64,000 nucleotides of DNA, taken from the NCBI GenBank assembly GCA_043803945.1, contig JAZDJN010000034.1, forward strand, positions 3,190 to 67,189. The letters are read 5' to 3'. The notes below the pieces were generated by a model. The model was not told where the DNA came from. It was given only the letters and a program-made list of their open reading frames with translations, and did not search any database. Positions 9,596 to 20,445 of this stretch are shown piece by piece; position 1 is the stretch's first letter, and the number at the start of each line of letters is the position of its first letter. The DNA comes from a bacterium. GTDB taxonomy: Bacteria; Bacteroidota; Ignavibacteria; UBA10030. Position numbers and translations under genes: made by a program.

Positions 9596-10290
9596 TCATC
9601 GAACCTCTTGCCTGAATCGATAGCCAACCCCTTTGATAGTTTCAATGTGGATTGCGAATGAGTCGAGCTTTTCTCGGATTTTTCGGATATTGACATCGAT
9701 CGTGCGATCGACTACATAGACATCTTCCCCCCAGATGGAATTCAGGAGCACTTAACGACTGATGACACGGTCGGGATGACTTGCAAGGAATTGTAAGACT
9801 TCAAATTCTTTTTTAGGTAATGAGAGTTCCTGATTATTGATCTTCACAAGATAGTAGTTTGGATGGATCTCCATCTCTCCTACAGTTAGTATCTGAAGCG
9901 ATTTGACATCGATGGGATTCTTTCTTCGCCGCAGCATATTCTTTATCCTGGCAAGCAATGTCCGGATTGTTATCGGTTTCGTGACATAATAATCCGCGCC
10001 GAGCTCGAGGCCGAGGACTTCATCCAGTTCGCTGTCCCTTGCCGTGAGGAAGATGATGGGGAGTTCGAAGAAATCGGGATCCTTTTTTATTTTTTTTTAC
10101 AGACTTCCCAGCCATCCATTTCAGGTATCATAACATCAAGCACTATGAGATCAGGCTTGTGATGCAAGGCCTTCAGGGATTCTAATCTATTCCGGGTTGT
10201 GAGAACAGTATATCACTCCTTCTGCAGATTGTATTTAAGAAGATCAAGGATATCACTTTCATCATCAACGAGAAGAATTTTTGTTTTCAT
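9596..10290 (-). pseudogene. OmpR/PhoB-family response regulator (receiver plus winged-helix), disrupted: in-frame TGA at codon 26 (expected Gly), 1-nt loss in a poly-A run, in-frame TAA in the winged-helix domain
   Basis: Minus-strand translation MKTKILLVDDESDILDLLKYNLQKE*YTVLTTRNRLESLKALHHKPDLIVLDVMIPEMDGWEVCKKK, then a frameshift, then DPDFFELPIIFLTARDSELDEVLGLELGADYYVTKPITIRTLLARIKNMLRRR...[35 protein letters not shown]...GVGYRFRQEVR. Confidence 0.7.
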
Positions 10291-10335
10291 CAACCGTCCA
10301 TCGCGAACAATGATATTTCCTGGAGGGAACAACTC

Positions 10336-10709
10336 TGGTGGAGGTGCGGGGAGTCGAACCCCGGTCCGAAGAGAAGATCCATACGATCTCTACGTGCATA
10401 GCCTGCTTTTTATAATTCGCATTCAGAAACTCCAGCAGACAGGATTGGCTGAACGCTATCTCAAGTAATTCCTGCTTTCGGCAGGATTCATCTCTCCACC
10501 CTGAGAACGTGGAAAGGCTATCCTATCAAAGCGACGTTCTTAAAGGTCCCGATAGGCAAAAACCAAAAAGAACGGGTTACCTAGTAATTAGGCAGCCAGT
10601 GCGTAGTTGTAGTTGGCACTTAATGGTTTACCGCTTATTTTACGTGGACACGGAGACCACAGCACGCAATCCTATGCTTCCTCATCCCCGTCGAATCCAA
10701 GTCACCCCC
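10336..10709 (-). ncRNA. ssrA: tmRNA (ssrA); tag reading frame GCC AAC TAC AAC TAC GCA CTG GCT GCC TAA (ANYNYALAA)
   Basis: 5' end GGGGGTGACTTGGATTCGACGGGG and tRNA-like 3' end GGTTCGACTCCCCGCACCTCCACCA; internal tag ORF ending YALAA-stop. Confidence 0.85.
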
Positions 10710-10784
10710 AGAGAAAAGGTTTACAATTCAATGTATAGCAAACTTCCTGAATATCCAATTAAAGAAATTGTTAATTCTTCCAGT

Positions 10785-11672
10785 TCACTTTGTCAGAGCA
10801 GGATAGTTCTTTTTTAATTCCATCTTAAGATGTTCAAATGCCTCTTCCGGCGAACTTGCAAACTTGAATAATTTCATATCTTTCTTGCTGATGACTCCAA
10901 GTTTTACCATAGCATCAAAATTGATAATCTTTTTCCAATACTCTTCACCGTAAAGGACCACGGTAACTTTTTTCTTTATCTTTTTGGTTTGAAGAAGGGT
11001 AAGTACTTCAAAAAGTTCATCGAATGTTCCAAATCCGCCTGGAAACATCACCAGAGCCTTTGAAAGATAAACGAACCAAAACTTCCTCATAAAAAAGTAA
11101 TGAAATTCAAAGTTCATATCTTTTGTAATAAACTTATTGGCACCTTGTTCGAATGGAAGACTGATGTTCAAGCCTATTGACCTTCCCTTCCCTGCGATTG
11201 CTCCTTTATTGGCAGCTTCCATTATGCCAGGTCCGCCACCTGAACAAACTACAAAACGATTTGGCTCCGATAAACCATTAGACCATTCTGTGATATATTT
11301 TGCCAGCTTGACAGCATCTTCATAGTACTGTGACATTTGAAAATCTGTTTTTCCTTGTGAAAGCTTTAACTTAAGTCCAGCAGGTGATATTTTGTTATTC
11401 AAAGATCTAAGCTTAAGGTTATTCAAGCTATTTCTCGCTTCGACTTTCGACTTTATTCTTGCGGAACCAAAGAAAACAATAGTGCCATTGACACGATGTT
11501 TTCGGAATCGTCTATGAGGTTCTAAAAATTCTGAAATTAACCTTATCACCCGCGCATCTGGACTGTTTAAAAATTCCAAATTATTATATGCTTTTGGTGC
11601 ATTACTCATGTTTAATCGTCTCGTTTTTCGGTTAGTACTACTGTTCAATGTCCAGTTATTAATTTGAATCAA
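10785..11672 (-). CDS. TIGR00730/LOG-family Rossmann-fold protein (long form; nucleotide 5'-monophosphate nucleosidase-like)
   Basis: VVCSGGGPGIMEAANKGA and PGGFGTFDELFE LOG signatures, with an N-terminal extension of about 100 aa. Confidence 0.75.
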   Translation of the reverse strand: MIQINNWTLNSSTNRKTRRLNMSNAPKAYNNLEFLNSPDARVIRLISEFLEPHRRFRKHRVNGTIVFFGSARIKSKVEARNSLNNLKLRSLNNKISPAGLKLKLSQGKTDFQMSQYYEDAVKLAKYITEWSNGLSEPNRFVVCSGGGPGIMEAANKGAIAGKGRSIGLNISLPFEQGANKFITKDMNFEFHYFFMRKFWFVYLSKALVMFPGGFGTFDELFEVLTLLQTKKIKKKVTVVLYGEEYWKKIINFDAMVKLGVISKKDMKLFKFASSPEEAFEHLKMELKKNYPALTK

Positions 11673-12871
11673 TCAAAATCTAATACTGTGATCTGGGCGG
11701 GAGCGTGAAATCGTATGGGCGCCAAAGTGAAACCCAGCCCATTGTTCACGCTAATAAGCGTTTTGCCCTTTTCGTAAAATCCGCTTACATAGCGTGATTC
11801 AAAATTTGCCGGCGCGAGAAGGAATATTCCAGGTATACCAAACGAAATACCACCGCCGTGCGTATGGCCAGCCAGGAAGAGTTGATATTTCTGCTCCACA
11901 GCAATACTTACAAGTTCCTCTGCGGGTTGATGTGAAAGCATTATTTTATAATATGATAATGAATTATCTGTTTTATCGTTAAGCTCTTTCTCGCTAGGTT
12001 TCTTACTGTATGTATAGGTAACTCCCGTTATTTTTACAACAGCTTTTTCTTTTAAGAAAGTAATTGTTGTATCCTGCAAAAGGATAATTCCATTCTTCGC
12101 TAGTTCCCTGATAACCATTGGCGCATCAGAAAAATAATCGTGATCACCGAGGACGGCATAAGTCTCATATTTCGGCTTTAGATTTCCTAATATCCTAGCA
12201 GTAGAAGCGATATAGTTCTTCCCTGAGGTAACCAGGTCGCCCGCGTAAATGATAATGTCTGGATTTAAGGCATTAACCTTTTTTACAAATGATCGTAATT
12301 TATTCTCGTTGGTTCTGCCATCACCCTGAACATCCGATATCTGCACTAGGCGCACTCCGGTTAATTGCTTCATTTCTGAAGGCAAATTAATCTTCTTGCT
12401 TACAATTTTAATAGTCCAGGTGTTATCAATTACTACGATAGCTGAGTAAAGAATGATGAACACTGTTGTCCAACTCAAAATGAGGTGGTGTTTGTTCCTT
12501 AACCATTCTCCATACAGTTTCAACACTTTTTTTATAATAAATGAGGTTAATTCAAAAATGGAAAAGAGAATGAACAGTTGGAACAGGACAACCAGAAAGA
12601 ACCAGAATGGATATATGATGAACAGATCGATGAGAAAGTAATCACCTGCGAAGTAAACAGAAGCTCCTCTTCCCAGGAAAAGAAATGCTAGACAAAAGCT
12701 TATTGGCAAAAGACTTAAATAGCCAAAAAGGAGAATGAGTGTGAGGCGAATTTGCTTTCTCTGCCATCGCTGATAGGAATCGACAACGTCAAGTAAAATT
12801 TTTCCAACAAAGAATGCTAATCCCGCCAGAGGGAGAAAAATGACCAATACAACGCCTAAGATCCAGGGCAT
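11669..12871 (-). CDS. Membrane-anchored metallophosphoesterase (calcineurin-like; YkuE/YaeI-like)
   Basis: N-terminal multi-TM region, then GDLVTSG, GDHDYF, LAGHTHGG phosphoesterase motifs; stop overlaps the LOG gene start by 4 nt. Confidence 0.75.
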   Translation of the reverse strand: MPWILGVVLVIFLPLAGLAFFVGKILLDVVDSYQRWQRKQIRLTLILLFGYLSLLPISFCLAFLFLGRGASVYFAGDYFLIDLFIIYPFWFFLVVLFQLFILFSIFELTSFIIKKVLKLYGEWLRNKHHLILSWTTVFIILYSAIVVIDNTWTIKIVSKKINLPSEMKQLTGVRLVQISDVQGDGRTNENKLRSFVKKVNALNPDIIIYAGDLVTSGKNYIASTARILGNLKPKYETYAVLGDHDYFSDAPMVIRELAKNGIILLQDTTITFLKEKAVVKITGVTYTYSKKPSEKELNDKTDNSLSYYKIMLSHQPAEELVSIAVEQKYQLFLAGHTHGGGISFGIPGIFLLAPANFESRYVSGFYEKGKTLISVNNGLGFTLAPIRFHAPAQITVLDFD

Positions 12872-12936
12872 GTGCTCAAGAATATATTAAATGTATAGTT
12901 GAAAGAATAAGTGAGTTATGGCTGTATTTACTACAG

Positions 12937-14007
12937 TTATGGCCTCTTATATAAATATGCACACTCTTCGTGTCGGCTCTTCGGATCACCGGTATTTACT
13001 GCAAATCTGGCACCGCTCCATATCGAAGCACCGCCGTACTCACCCCTCTTATTAATCGCATAGAAATTCACGTTGAACTTTGGGCGGCCTTTTTCATCCA
13101 GAAGCCTTGCAGTCTTCGTTTGTTTTGCGATGCGTTCGCATGCTTTCAGGCAAGCCTCAACAGGTGATTTCCCTTGCCTCATATATTCAACAATGATAAC
13201 ACTGCTGCAAGCTAACAAGTTTGCCTCGCCCCTGCCAGTTGATCCTGCCGCTCCGACGTCATTATCGACATATAATCCGGCTCCGATAATCGGCGAATCA
13301 CCCACCCTGCCGGTTATTTTCCAGGCGAGACCGCTTGTTGTTGTTACTCCCGATAGATTCCCTTTCAAATCAAGTCCATCGCAGTTAATCGTTCCTGTAT
13401 TTCGAATAGCCGATCGAATTCCTTCCCCTATATCCTTCGTGTCAATCTCATAAGGTGGCAGCCAATCATCCTCAGTGCTTAGATTTTCCTTCCATTTCAA
13501 CCACGCACGGCGTGATTCCTCTGTGAGAAGGTTTTCTTCCTTGAATCCATGCATCTTCGCAAAGCGGAGTGCTCCCGGTCCAACTAAGAGGACGTGATCA
13601 GTACGCTCCATAACCAGCCTGGCAATTTTTGACGGATTCTTAATATTTCTCAATGAAGCTACTGCGCCGCCTCGTCCGCTTGGACCATGCATCACAGAGG
13701 CATCCAGTTCAACATCGCCATCTTCATTCGGTAAACCTCCATATCCGACACTATTGTCATTCGGATCGTCTTCGACGATGTTTACACCCGCGATAACAGC
13801 ATCCAGCGCATCAGCACCTGCTAGCATCATCTCCATCGCCTTCGCAGTTGCTATCAATCCGTTTGCGCTTGAAATGACCACAGGTTTAATAGCTGATGTA
13901 GGAGGAGCAATGAGTTGCGATGAAGCTTGCAGGATGCTAGCGCCCGATAAAGCAGCTGCACCAGCTATTCCCGACGATTTTAAAAAGTTTCTTCGATTAA
14001 TCTTCAT
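12937..14007 (-). CDS. Ntn-hydrolase of the asparaginase-2 / glycosylasparaginase (isoaspartyl peptidase) family, Tat-type signal
   Basis: MKINRRNFLKSSGIAGAAALSGA leader; the autoproteolytic Thr region GTINCDG...; GAGLYVDNDVGAAGSTGRGE. Confidence 0.8.
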   Translation of the reverse strand: MKINRRNFLKSSGIAGAAALSGASILQASSQLIAPPTSAIKPVVISSANGLIATAKAMEMMLAGADALDAVIAGVNIVEDDPNDNSVGYGGLPNEDGDVELDASVMHGPSGRGGAVASLRNIKNPSKIARLVMERTDHVLLVGPGALRFAKMHGFKEENLLTEESRRAWLKWKENLSTEDDWLPPYEIDTKDIGEGIRSAIRNTGTINCDGLDLKGNLSGVTTTSGLAWKITGRVGDSPIIGAGLYVDNDVGAAGSTGRGEANLLACSSVIIVEYMRQGKSPVEACLKACERIAKQTKTARLLDEKGRPKFNVNFYAINKRGEYGGASIWSGARFAVNTGDPKSRHEECAYLYKRP

Positions 14008-14045
14008 TTTTTGACTACCTCCAATTGTATAACAATTGATGAATA

Positions 14046-14555
14046 CTATGAGCCTCCCTTAGTCTTGCTACGAGAATTCCCATATTTTTGGATCAAGAAA
14101 TTCTGCAGTTGAGTAAATGATGGGAATATTTTCGTCGTGCACCCCAATACCCAGCCTGGAATATTGGTGAGACTCATCTCAGTTACGAGATATACCGGTT
14201 TTTTATAAAATCGCGCGATAGTCACTTCACCTTGGGTCCCTGCACCACGCTGGGCTCCTTCATCCCAGAGACAGATGACATAGTCTGATTTCGCTGCTAT
14301 TTCGCGAGAGTCGAGATCGACAATTCTGTGCACGACTCGAATAAAGCGCATGGTGTCAGAAGTCTTGAGTGTCCTGAACTCATCTTTGAGCTTCCGTTTG
14401 AGAAGGTATTTTTCACTTTCGGTATTTGGATTAAAGACAGTATGACCAAGGTTTTTTTTTAGCCAGATCTCTATGTCTTTCCGCCAATCCATCCCCTCCC
14501 GATGTGCGTATTCCATCCCTCCTGATAAATACGCCTTGAGCCTTTTATGCTTCAC
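14046..14555 (-). CDS. Hypothetical; possible YtoQ / nucleoside 2-deoxyribosyltransferase-like (SLOG-type Rossmann) protein
   Basis: AYLSGGMEYAH..WR and DYVICLWDEGAQRGAGTQGEVTIA resemble the YtoQ family; the similarity is weak and motif-based. Confidence 0.35.
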   Translation of the reverse strand: MKHKRLKAYLSGGMEYAHREGMDWRKDIEIWLKKNLGHTVFNPNTESEKYLLKRKLKDEFRTLKTSDTMRFIRVVHRIVDLDSREIAAKSDYVICLWDEGAQRGAGTQGEVTIARFYKKPVYLVTEMSLTNIPGWVLGCTTKIFPSFTQLQNFLIQKYGNSRSKTKGGS

Positions 14556-15873
14556 ACACCCTCCGTAAGAATGTTGCTGTATGGATCAGTTGAATGGACA
14601 ATCCTCCCTTGTTCAAGCCATGCTGAATCTGAATCATGCATCCAGGATTTCCCGTTACAATCCAGTCTGGTTGTATAGACCTGATGTTTTGCACTTTTCG
14701 ATCGAGCAATTTCATCGCTTCGTCATAATGCACCACATTATAGATCCCTGCACTTCCACAACACCAGGTCGATTCCGGAAGTTCAATGTATTGAATCTGC
14801 GGAATTGATTTAATGAGTATTCGCGGCTGCTGGCTGATCTTCTGTGTATGGACCAAGTGGCATGCATCGTGATAACTGACCCGCTGGTTTTGGAATGGCA
14901 GGGGGTCACCATTTTTTTTCTGCGGAAGTTTGAGTCCTATCTCGAGAAGGAATTCAGTAATGTCTTGAATTTTGGCAGAGATCTGGCGGGCTTTTTCGCT
15001 CATCTCCTGATCATCTTCAAAGAGATGGGTGTATTCCTTCATATAGGCACCACAGCCGGCTGAATTCATCACAATGCTGTCAACCTGCAGCTTGGAGAAT
15101 ATTTCGATGTTATGGCGAGCCATCTCTTTCGCAGATGCCATAAAACCATTATGTGCCTGAAGTGACCCGCAACACCCTTGCCCTTTTGGAATAATGACTT
15201 CACACCCATGGTGTGTGAGCAGAGCTACAGTGTCGATATTGACATCGGCAAAGGCAACATCCATGATGCAACCGGTAAGAAATGCCACGCGATGCGTTTG
15301 AATTCCTGCCGGTTTAATGACTTCCGGTAATGTGTCGCTGGAAAAAGATTTTGATATCGTCGGCGTAAGAGGCTGAATATCATGAAGTTTGGTGGAGAAC
15401 AGTTTAAGAAATCCAGATTGTTCTAACAACCTTCGAAGCCCTGATGCCTCATACATCCGCAGGCCAGTGGCAACGAATTTTAATCGGCTATGTTCTTTAA
15501 AGAGCCACGACAGTGCCAGCCTCTTGAAGTTTCGAACAATCAGCGGCTCTTTTTTCTGAAGCGTAATCTGTTCGCGAGCAGTCTCCACCAACGAGCCATA
15601 TTTCACTCCGGCTGGGCATGCCGTTTCACATGCCTGACAGTCGAGACAAAAATTCATCTCCTCGATAAATCCTTTTGTGATCTGCAGTTCACCCTTTGCA
15701 ATAGCTTTAATAAGCCGAATACGCCCTCGTGGAGAAGACTTCTCCATTCCAGTTAACGAGTATGTAGGGCAATGCGGCAGGCACAAACCGCAATGCATAC
15801 ATTGGGCAATCAGTTCCGAGTTTGGAACTGTAACACCCTGAAAAGCTGAGACGTTATTTGCTATTGAGTTCAT
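14545..15873 (-). CDS. (Fe-S)-binding protein, GlcF / heterodisulfide-reductase-D-like (two 4Fe-4S motifs plus CCG domains)
   Basis: CMHCGLCLPHCP and CLDCQACETACP ferredoxin motifs; C-terminal cysteine-rich CCG-like repeats. Confidence 0.75.
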   Translation of the reverse strand: MNSIANNVSAFQGVTVPNSELIAQCMHCGLCLPHCPTYSLTGMEKSSPRGRIRLIKAIAKGELQITKGFIEEMNFCLDCQACETACPAGVKYGSLVETAREQITLQKKEPLIVRNFKRLALSWLFKEHSRLKFVATGLRMYEASGLRRLLEQSGFLKLFSTKLHDIQPLTPTISKSFSSDTLPEVIKPAGIQTHRVAFLTGCIMDVAFADVNIDTVALLTHHGCEVIIPKGQGCCGSLQAHNGFMASAKEMARHNIEIFSKLQVDSIVMNSAGCGAYMKEYTHLFEDDQEMSEKARQISAKIQDITEFLLEIGLKLPQKKNGDPLPFQNQRVSYHDACHLVHTQKISQQPRILIKSIPQIQYIELPESTWCCGSAGIYNVVHYDEAMKLLDRKVQNIRSIQPDWIVTGNPGCMIQIQHGLNKGGLSIQLIHTATFLRRVCEA

Positions 15874-15878
15874 GACGA

Positions 15879-16388
15879 CTATTGATATTTCCTAAAAGGC
15901 ATCACAAGGATCAAGCCTGCGGCAAAACCACCGATATGTGCCCACCATGCGACGCCTCCCATCCCGCTTGTTTCAAATCCCAATGAGAGTATACCGTTGA
16001 AGAATTGCATCACAAACCAGAAACCAAGAATGACCAACGCAGGCAGCTCGACGAATTGCAGAAAAATGAAAATTGGAATGACCGTTAAGACGCGTACACC
16101 TGGAAAGAGAAGCAGGTACGCTCCGAGCACGCCTGAGATCGCTCCACTTGCTCCAATGGTAGGAATAGCCGAACCCGGGTCAATGACGATGTGAAGCACT
16201 GAAGCTGAAAATCCGGTAAGGAGATAGAAAACAATGAACCTTCCGTGCCCCAGTTTATCTTCAACATTATCACCAAAAATCCAGAGATAGAGCATATTAC
16301 CGCCAAGATGGAGCCATCCACCATGGAGGAAGAGTGAACTTACAAAAGGAATCCTTCGTGTGGGATTCCTGTCCTTCAGCGGGATCAA
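15879..16388 (-). CDS. Rhomboid-family intramembrane serine protease
   Basis: GASGAISGVLGAYL (GxSG catalytic Ser) and a downstream AHIGGF (catalytic His) within a polytopic membrane protein. Confidence 0.7.
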   Translation of the reverse strand: MIPLKDRNPTRRIPFVSSLFLHGGWLHLGGNMLYLWIFGDNVEDKLGHGRFIVFYLLTGFSASVLHIVIDPGSAIPTIGASGAISGVLGAYLLLFPGVRVLTVIPIFIFLQFVELPALVILGFWFVMQFFNGILSLGFETSGMGGVAWWAHIGGFAAGLILVMPFRKYQ

Positions 16389-16485
16389 TGATCTAGCGAG
16401 AAATTGATGAATCTGATTTTTTCAAACCGATACCCTGTTGTTCTGCGGTGGTCAAAAGACATTCACGCTCATTCAAACACTGCCA

Positions 16486-17979
16486 TCATGTGAAAGCTCC
16501 CTTTTTGAGAAGAGCTTCTAATTGATACTTGTTCCTTGGGAGAGGCCCTTCACAACGCGGGTGTAATGAAAATATCTTCCCGGGATTCAATACCGCTTGG
16601 GGATCGATGGAGGCTTTAATCTTTCGCATCATATCGATGGCCGGCTCACTCATAGTCTTCTCAAGAAATTTCAATTTTGCCAGGCCAATGCCATGTTCAC
16701 CTGATATTGTTCCACCCATTTGTACGGCTGCAGAGAATATTTCTTCAAACGCTTTTTCTGCCCGTGCAATCTCACTCACATCTCGCTCATCAGTGAGACA
16801 CGTTGGGTGAAGGTTTCCGTCACCCGCATGGCCAAAGTTGCCAAATGTTAAATTATAATTTCTCGCGATAGTGTTAATGCGCTCCAACATAGGGGCAACT
16901 TCACTACGTGGAACTGTTGCATCTTCAAGAATGGTGGTCGGCCGGACACGGGCAAGTGCCGCAAAGGCGGCTTTCCTTGCTGTTCTCAATTTGACTGCTT
17001 CCTGTTCATTCTCAGCGATACGAACTTCCTTGGCATGATGCTTCTTGCAAAGTTCAACAATCTTCTGCGCATCGATCTCCACCTCTCCCCTTCTCCCGTC
17101 GACTTCAATCAGTAATATCGATTCCAGATTAGTCGGTAAATTCAGATGAGCGTAGTCCTCAACGCATTTGATCGTTGTGTTATCGAGAAACTCTAATGCT
17201 GAAGGTGTAATTTTTGATGCGATGATATCTGAAACAGTCTCCGCGGAGTCGCTTAGCGAATCGTAGTAGACAAGCATAGTTCGGGTGACTTCTGGTTTTG
17301 GAATCAATCGTAAAAGAACGCGTGTGATGACACCTAATGTACCTTCCGAGCCGATGATCCAATCTTTGAGTGTATATCCTGCAACGTCTTTTACCGATTT
17401 TCCCCCCGTGAGAATTATCTCACCAGTCGGTAAAACGACTTCCATGCCGAGGACATAATTCTTCGTAACTCCATATTTTAAACCGCGCAATCCTCCTGCA
17501 TTTTCTGCAACATTACCTCCGATTGTACTGATCGTTGAACTCCCCGGATCAGGCGGGTAGAGCAAATTCAAAGCTTCCACAGCTGAATGCAACTGTGCGG
17601 TAATAACACCAGGCTCAACCCATGCTGTAAGATTCTTTTGATCGATTTCGAGTATTCGATTCCACCTATTCATCAGAAGAACGATCGAATTTTCCACGGG
17701 AATTGAACCGCCACTCAGACCTGATCCGGATCCTCGCGGAACTATGGCAAAGTGTTCTTCATTGGCAAGTGTGAGAATTGAACTGATCTCCTCAGGAGAT
17801 CGGGGAATGACGATTGCATCGGGCAATTGATGAAGAATTGGAGTGCCGTCATAAGAATAGGAAATCCTATCCTCAGCAGAGTCGAGATAATTCTCTCTGC
17901 CAACAACATTGCGAATTTTCTGAAGCGTCGATTGGTGTATCATTGAAAAGAAGATAGGAGAAGGGGTATTGAAATGCAA
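16486..17979 (-). CDS. FAD-linked oxidase (GlcD / D-lactate dehydrogenase-like)
   Basis: FAD-binding PCMH-type N-terminus (RGSGSGLSGGS) and a C-terminal FAD-oxidase domain; 497 aa. Confidence 0.8.
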   Translation of the reverse strand: MHFNTPSPIFFSMIHQSTLQKIRNVVGRENYLDSAEDRISYSYDGTPILHQLPDAIVIPRSPEEISSILTLANEEHFAIVPRGSGSGLSGGSIPVENSIVLLMNRWNRILEIDQKNLTAWVEPGVITAQLHSAVEALNLLYPPDPGSSTISTIGGNVAENAGGLRGLKYGVTKNYVLGMEVVLPTGEIILTGGKSVKDVAGYTLKDWIIGSEGTLGVITRVLLRLIPKPEVTRTMLVYYDSLSDSAETVSDIIASKITPSALEFLDNTTIKCVEDYAHLNLPTNLESILLIEVDGRRGEVEIDAQKIVELCKKHHAKEVRIAENEQEAVKLRTARKAAFAALARVRPTTILEDATVPRSEVAPMLERINTIARNYNLTFGNFGHAGDGNLHPTCLTDERDVSEIARAEKAFEEIFSAAVQMGGTISGEHGIGLAKLKFLEKTMSEPAIDMMRKIKASIDPQAVLNPGKIFSLHPRCEGPLPRNKYQLEALLKKGAFT

Positions 17980-18105
17980 GACACCATCGTCGTTCTATCT
18001 CTCTCCTTTAAGAATTTCTGATTGAACGTTTCTTGTAACTGCGTCAATTTTCGTATACATTACAGTTGCTTTTACATCGATAACCCTGAAGTACTCCCCT
18101 ATTGA

Positions 18106-19723
<1,618 letters not shown>

Positions 19724-19848
19724 TTTTTTTCAACTCTCTTTTAGAGCGTCGAACATAAGCAATCGGCCTACAAGGGAGTTGCCGATCCCAAGAATTCTTT
19801 TTATGGCCTCCGTTGCCTGCAGTGTTCCTACGATACCAGGCAACATCA

Positions 19849-20400
19849 TTATTGAAGACCGAGGCGTTGGGAATTACTCTTCATCGCATCGATCACAAAA
19901 CGGATATGATCATCCAACGGGGTTCCCAATTCTTTCGTTCCTTCCAGGATATCTTCTCTGCTCACATTCTTGGCAAATGCCTTATCTTTCATTTTTTTCT
20001 TCACTGAAGAGACTTCGAGATCCATAACCTTATTTGGGCGAATCACTGAAACGGCATTGATAAAACCGCACAACTCATCGACAGCATAAAGGACTTTTGC
20101 CATCAACGTCTCTCTTGCAGTGTTGGTATAAGACGCATGCCCCAATATGGCAATTCGGACATCCTCAGAATAGCCTTTCTCTTTAAGGATTTCTGAGCCC
20201 TTCAATGGATGTTCAGGTACCGTCGGAAACATTTCATAATCAAAATCATGAAGGATTCCGACGATCGCCCATTGTTCCTCATCTTCGCAATACTTCTTTG
20301 CGTAGGCGCGCATGGCGGCTTCTACGGAGTACATATGAATGCGAAGCGCTTCGTTTTTCGTGTATTCATGCATCAGGTCTAATGCAGCTTGATAAGTCAT
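19849..20400 (-). CDS. HD-domain phosphohydrolase
   Basis: Metal-binding H...HD motif (ILHDFDYE) within an all-alpha protein of about 180 aa. Confidence 0.7.
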   Translation of the reverse strand: MTYQAALDLMHEYTKNEALRIHMYSVEAAMRAYAKKYCEDEEQWAIVGILHDFDYEMFPTVPEHPLKGSEILKEKGYSEDVRIAILGHASYTNTARETLMAKVLYAVDELCGFINAVSVIRPNKVMDLEVSSVKKKMKDKAFAKNVSREDILEGTKELGTPLDDHIRFVIDAMKSNSQRLGLQ

Positions 20401-20445
20401 TCTCGCTCCTTTTGCTTGTCAAATAGTTCAGGTGAAATTTTTATT

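Noticed and set aside
10213-10215. In-frame TGA at a conserved Gly position of the response regulator, suggesting UGA=Gly recoding (genetic code 25)
   Set aside because: TGA functions as a genuine stop throughout the window, including the ATGA stop/start overlaps at 2574-2577, 36726-36729 and 37346-37349. The same gene also has an in-frame TAA and a homopolymer frameshift, so ordinary pseudogenisation is the better explanation.
10199-10817. Two + strand ORFs (89 aa and 102 aa)
   Set aside because: They lie entirely across the minus-strand tmRNA gene, have no coding signal and low-complexity translations; artefacts of six-frame calling over a structured RNA.
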